A stretch of 64,000 bases of DNA from assembly GCF_009914755.1 (NCBI RefSeq), contig NC_060947.1, one strand, 5' to 3'. Shown here piece by piece: positions 58,646-64,000 of this stretch. This DNA is from the human T2T-CHM13v2.0 reference genome, Homo sapiens. The position numbers were made by a program, and so were the translations under genes. Position 1 is the stretch's first letter; each line of letters begins with the position of its first letter. Under the pieces are notes generated by a model that saw nothing but the letters and a program-made list of their open reading frames with translations, did not search any database and was not told where the DNA came from.

Positions 58646-58775
58646 ATAGTTTTGTCATGTTACTATGTGGTCAGTCTTTCCTCTTCCCTGTTCCAGGCAA
58701 CTACTACTTTGTTTTCTGCCATGACATGATAGGTAAGTTTGCTTATTCTAGAATTTCATTTAAATGAAATCACAA
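58440..58775 (-). mobile_element. Old L1M (L1MC-ME-like) 3' fragment
   Basis: tttacatacaatacaatgcacc..tgtatacacccatgtaactaccaccacaatc..ttctagaatttcatttaaatgaaatca. Confidence 0.75.
58606..58648. repeat. (AAAT)n tetranucleotide microsatellite, about 10 perfect units
   Basis: aataaataaataaa... uninterrupted. Confidence 0.95.
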
Positions 58776-58845
58776 GGTAATTATAGATTTATGATTTTAT
58801 TATAATTGAGAAACTTATTAGTTCTAAATTGGACAGTGCAATAAA

Positions 58846-59260
58846 TTTTTTGTTGTTTTTTGTTTTTCTCCCCGGGGGAGGCAGTTTAATGAGCTCGGGG
58901 CCAATACAAAAGATCAAATTTCTCTCCATGGGGAAATGCAGGAACCCACAGAACACTATGCTTGCTGGGAAAGCGGGTAGCTTCTCATTTAGTTGCAGGA
59001 GGAGGAGATAGCTCCCAGGGCTTTCAGAGGAAAGCATGGCCTTCAGCATCAGGGACATTGGGGGTGCACTCCAGGATCTGAGGGGTAAACTCCAGGAGGC
59101 TGAGGGTGGACCCAAGGAGCTGCAGGATGGATTCCAGAAGCTTACAGGTGGTCTCTGGGAGGCTGGGCATTGAACCCCATTGCCTGAGGGTGGATCCCTG
59201 GGGCTCGTGGGTATGCTCCTGGGGCCTGGGGGTAAACTACAGGGGCTGATGGATGCACAC
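58846..59260 (-). pseudogene. SF3A2: 5'-truncated processed pseudogene of splicing factor SF3A2 (SAP62): heptad-repeat C-terminus, 3'UTR and poly-A
   Basis: Minus strand from 59258 translates VHPSAPV VYPQAPG AYPRAPG IHPQAMG FNAQPPR DHL*ASG IHPAAPW VHPQPPG VYPSDPG VHP, then (frameshift) PMSLMLKAMLSSESPGS, then (frameshift) SPPPATK* with TGA at 58987-58985. This matches the SF3A2 tail as I recall it (..GVHPQPPGVHPSNPGVHPPTPMPPMLRPPLPSEGPGNIPPPPPTN*). ATTAAA at 58890-58885 and a decayed A tail at 58867-58846. Confidence 0.88.
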
Positions 59261-59428
59261 CATCCATGTTGTTACAAATGACTGGATGATCTCATTCTTT
59301 TTTTATGGCTGAATAGTACCCCATTGTGGATAAGTGTCACATTTTCCTTATTCATTCATCCCTTGATGGATACTTAGGTTGCTTCTAAATCTTGGCTATT
59401 GTGAATAGTGTTGCAACAAACATGGGAG

Positions 59429-59472
59429 TGCGGATATCACTTTGTTATACTGCGGATATCACTTTGATATAC
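59429..59472. repeat. 22-bp tandem duplication in L1
   Basis: tgcggatatcactttgttatac tgcggatatcactttgatatac. Confidence 0.9.
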
Positions 59473-60928
59473 TTATATATCCCTTTTGGATATATACCCA
59501 ACAGTAAGATTGCTGGATTGTATGGTAACTTTATTTTTAGTTTTTTGATGAACCTCCAAACTTTTCTTCATAGTAGTTGTACTAATTTACATTCCCACCA
59601 ACAATGTACAAAGGTTTTCTTTTCTCCACATCCTTACCAGCATTTGTTATTGCCTGACTTTTGGATAAAACCCACTTAAACTGGGGTGATGTCTCATTGT
59701 AGTTTTGATTTAAATTTCTCTGAGGATCAATGATGTTGAGCACTTTTTATATGCCTGTTTGCCATTTCATGTTTTCTATTCAGAAATGTCTATTCAAATC
59801 TTTTGCCCATTTTTAATTGGATTGTTAGATTTTTTTTCCTCTAGAGTTGTTTGAGCTCCTTATATATTCTGATTATGAATCTCTTGTCAGATGGATAGTT
59901 TCCAAATAGTTTCTCCCTTTCTCTGGGCTGTCTCCTCACTTAGTTGATAATATATTTTGCTGTGCAGAAGCTTTTTAACTTGATGTGATTCCATTTGTCC
60001 ATTTTGCTTTGGTTGCCTGTGCTTCTGGGATATGACTGAAGAAATTTTTGCCCAAAACAATGTCTTAGAGAGTTTCTCCAAAGTTTTCTTGTAGTACTTT
60101 CATAGTCTTAGATTTAAGTCTTTTTATTGATTTTGATTTGATATTTTTGTAAGGTGAGAGACAGAGATCAAGTTTCATTCTTCTGACTACGAATATCCAG
60201 TTTTTCCAGCATCATCCATTGAAGAAACTGACTTTTCTCTAGTGTATGTTCTTGGTACCTTTGTCAAAAATGAATTCACTGCAGGTGTATGGATTTGTTT
60301 CTGAGTTGTCTGTGCTGTTCCATTGATCTGTGTGTCTTTTTATGCTGGTACCATGCTGTTTTGGTTATTATAGCTTCATAGTATAATTTGAAGTCAAGTA
60401 ATATGATTCCTGTAGTGTTGTTCCTTGTGATCAGGATGGGTTTGGCTATTATGAGTCACTTGTGATTCCATATACCTTTTAGAATTATTTTTTTTTCCAT
60501 TTGTGTGAAAAATGTCATTGGTATTTTGCATTGAATCTGTAAATTCCTTTGGGTAGCATGGACATTTTAACAATATTGGCTCTTGTGATTGATGAGCATG
60601 GAATATCTTGAATTTTTGTGTCCTCTTTGTTTCATCTGAGCTTCATGGTATTAATTATAAAGATCCTTCACTTCTTTGGATAAGTTAATTCCTAGGTATT
60701 TCATTTTATTTGTAGCCCTTGTAAATGGGATTACTTTTTTATTTCTTTTTCAAGTTGTTCACTGTTCGCATATAGAAATACTTCTGATTTTTTTGTCTTA
60801 ATTTTGTATCCTGCAACTATACTGAATTTATTTATCAGTTCTAATTGTTATTCGGTGGCGTCTTTCGGTTTTTCCAACAGTAAGATCGTTATCAACTGCA
60901 AAGAAAAATAATTTCACTTCTTCCTTTA

Positions 60929-61268
<340 letters not shown>

Positions 61269-62618
61269 TTATTTCCTTCTCTTTTCTGATTGCTCTAGCT
61301 AACACTTCTCATGCTATGTTGAATAATAGTGGTGAAAGTGGGCATCCTTGTCATGTTCCAAATATAAGAAGTAAGGCTTTCAGTTTTTCCCCATTAACTA
61401 TAATATTAGACTTAGGTCTGTCATTTATTGCTATTATTATGTTGAGATACGTTCCTTCTATACCTAGTTTTTGAGGGTTTTTATCAGGAAGAGGTGTTTA
61501 ATTTTATCAAATGCTTTTTAGCATCAATTGAGATAACCATATGGTTTTTGTCCTTAATTCTGTCGATATGACACATCACATTGATTTGTGTATGTGGAGT
61601 CATCTTTGCATCCTTGTGATAAATCCCACTTGGTTATGATGAATGCTCTATTTAATATATTGTCTAATTCAGTTTGTAGTATTTTATTTAAGATTTTTGC
61701 ATCAATATTCAGGAGAGATATTGGCCTGTAGTTTCCTTTTTTTGATACATGTTTGTCTGGCATCTTCTTTTGGTATCAGGGTAATACCGGCCATGTTGAA
61801 TGAGTTTGGCAACAGTCCCTCTTCCTCTATTTTTTGAAAAGTTTGAGTAGAATTGGTACTAGCTCTTCTTTAAATGTCTGGTAGAATTCAGCAGTGAAAC
61901 CAGCAGGTTTCAGGCTTTTCTTTCCTGGGAGACTTTTTATTTAGAGCTTCGATCTTGTTACTTGTTATTGGTCTGTTCAGGTTTGGGATTTCTTCATGAT
62001 TCCATGTTGGTAGGTTGTATGTGTCTAGGAATTTACCTATTCTTCTAGGTTTTCCAATTTAAAGGCATGTAGTTGCTCACAGTAACCACTGATGATTCTT
62101 TGAATTTGTGGTATCCGTTGTAATGTCTCCTTTTTCATCTCTGATTTTATTTATTTTTGTCTTTCCTTTTCTTAGTCGGGCTACAGATTAGTAAATTTTG
62201 ATTATATTTTCAAAGAAACCAACTTTTCATTTCATTGATCTTCTATGTTGTTTTCCTCATTTCAAGTTCATTTAATTGTTCTGATCTTTATTAATTTCTT
62301 TTCTTCTATAATAAGTTTGTATTGAGTTTGTTCTTGCTTTTCTAGTTCTCTAAGATGCATCACTGAGTTATTTATTTGAAGAGTTTTTGTTTGTTTGTTT
62401 TTATGTAGGCATTTACAGCTATCAATCTCCCCCTTAGTACTGCTTTTGCTGTATTCCAAAGATTTTGGTATATTGTGTTTCCATTTTCAGTTGTTTTGAG
62501 AAATTTTTAAATTTTCTTCTTAATTTCTTTATTGACCCACTGACTCACTGATCATTTAGGAACATATTGTTTAGTTTCCATGTGTTTTTATAGCTTCCAC
62601 AATTCCTCTGGTTATTGA

Positions 62619-62966
<348 letters not shown>

Positions 62967-63769
62967 TGATATTGTTTCAATTTTTTGAATGTTTTAAGAC
63001 TAGTTTTGTGACTTATTATATGGTCTGTCATTGAGAATGATCCATGTGCAGGGGAGAAAAAATGTGCATTCTGTAGCTGTTTGATGAAATGTTCTGTAAA
63101 TATTAGTTCCATTTGTTCTACTATGCAGATTAAATCTGAAGTTTCTTTGTTGATTTTCTGTGTGGAATATCTGTCCAATCCTGAAAGCGGGGTGAAGTCT
63201 CTAACTATTATTGTATTAGGGTATATCACTCTCTTCAGCTCTAATAATACTTGTTTTACATGTCTTGGTGTGCCAGTGTTGGGTGCATATATGTTTACAA
63301 ATGTTAAATCTTCTTGTGGAATTGACCCCTTTATCATTGTATAATGACCATTATTGTGTTTTATACTTTTCGTCTTTAAATCTGTTTTGTCTAATGTCAC
63401 TATACATACTCCTGCTCTTTTTTGGTTTATATTGGCATGGAATATCTTTTTCCATCTTTTTTTTTTAGTGTGTGTTTATCTTTATAGGTGAAATGTGTTT
63501 CTTGTAGGCAACAGGTCATTGGGTCTTCTTTTGTTTAATCAGTTCAACCACTCTGTCTTTTGATTAGAGAGTTTATTTTATTTACATTCAATATTATTAT
63601 TGATAAGCAGGTACATACTCCTTCCATTTTGTTATTTATTTTCAATTATTTTGCAGTCTTTTTTTCTGCCTTACTGTCTTCCTTTTAGTGAAGGTGATTT
63701 TCTCTGGTGGTATTCTTTAACTTCTTGCTTTTTAGTTTTTGGGTATCCATTGTATGATTTTTGCTTTGA

Positions 63770-64000
<231 letters not shown>

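Noticed and set aside
59040-59260. CRISPR-like or VNTR array suggested by the 21-nt periodicity
   Set aside because: There are no unique spacers; the periodicity is explained by heptapeptide codon repeats of SF3A2.

Overview
This is an AT-rich primate (human-like) non-coding window, roughly 60% transposable-element relics. I can support no intact host exon, RNA gene or CRISPR-like array. Nearly all long ORFs in the track are fragments of L1 ORF1/ORF2, Tigger1 transposase, THE1 internal sequence or Alu. Main elements: three minus-strand L1MA-type LINEs (one full-length, containing a THE1 provirus that itself contains an L1PA), a full-length Tigger1 with four nested retro-insertions, a composite L1 inside a split MER58B, a MER4-family solo LTR, MER63A, 13 Alus, and MIR/L2 relics. 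The less routine observations are: (i) a 5'-truncated processed pseudogene of SF3A2 (GVHPxAP heptad tail) that replaces the 3' end of a co-oriented L1MA; (ii) an old ~240-bp-arm inverted duplication whose two arms were each hit by a retrotransposon at almost the same homologous site; (iii) a 66-bp polyadenylated mRNA-tail retrocopy with a perfect TSD; (iv) two L1 rearrangements (a nested-then-recombined chimera and an insertion with target deletion). These are genome-evolution fossils; I see no evidence of a new functional gene system. Repeat subfamily names come from my recollection of consensus sequences and need RepeatMasker/Dfam confirmation.
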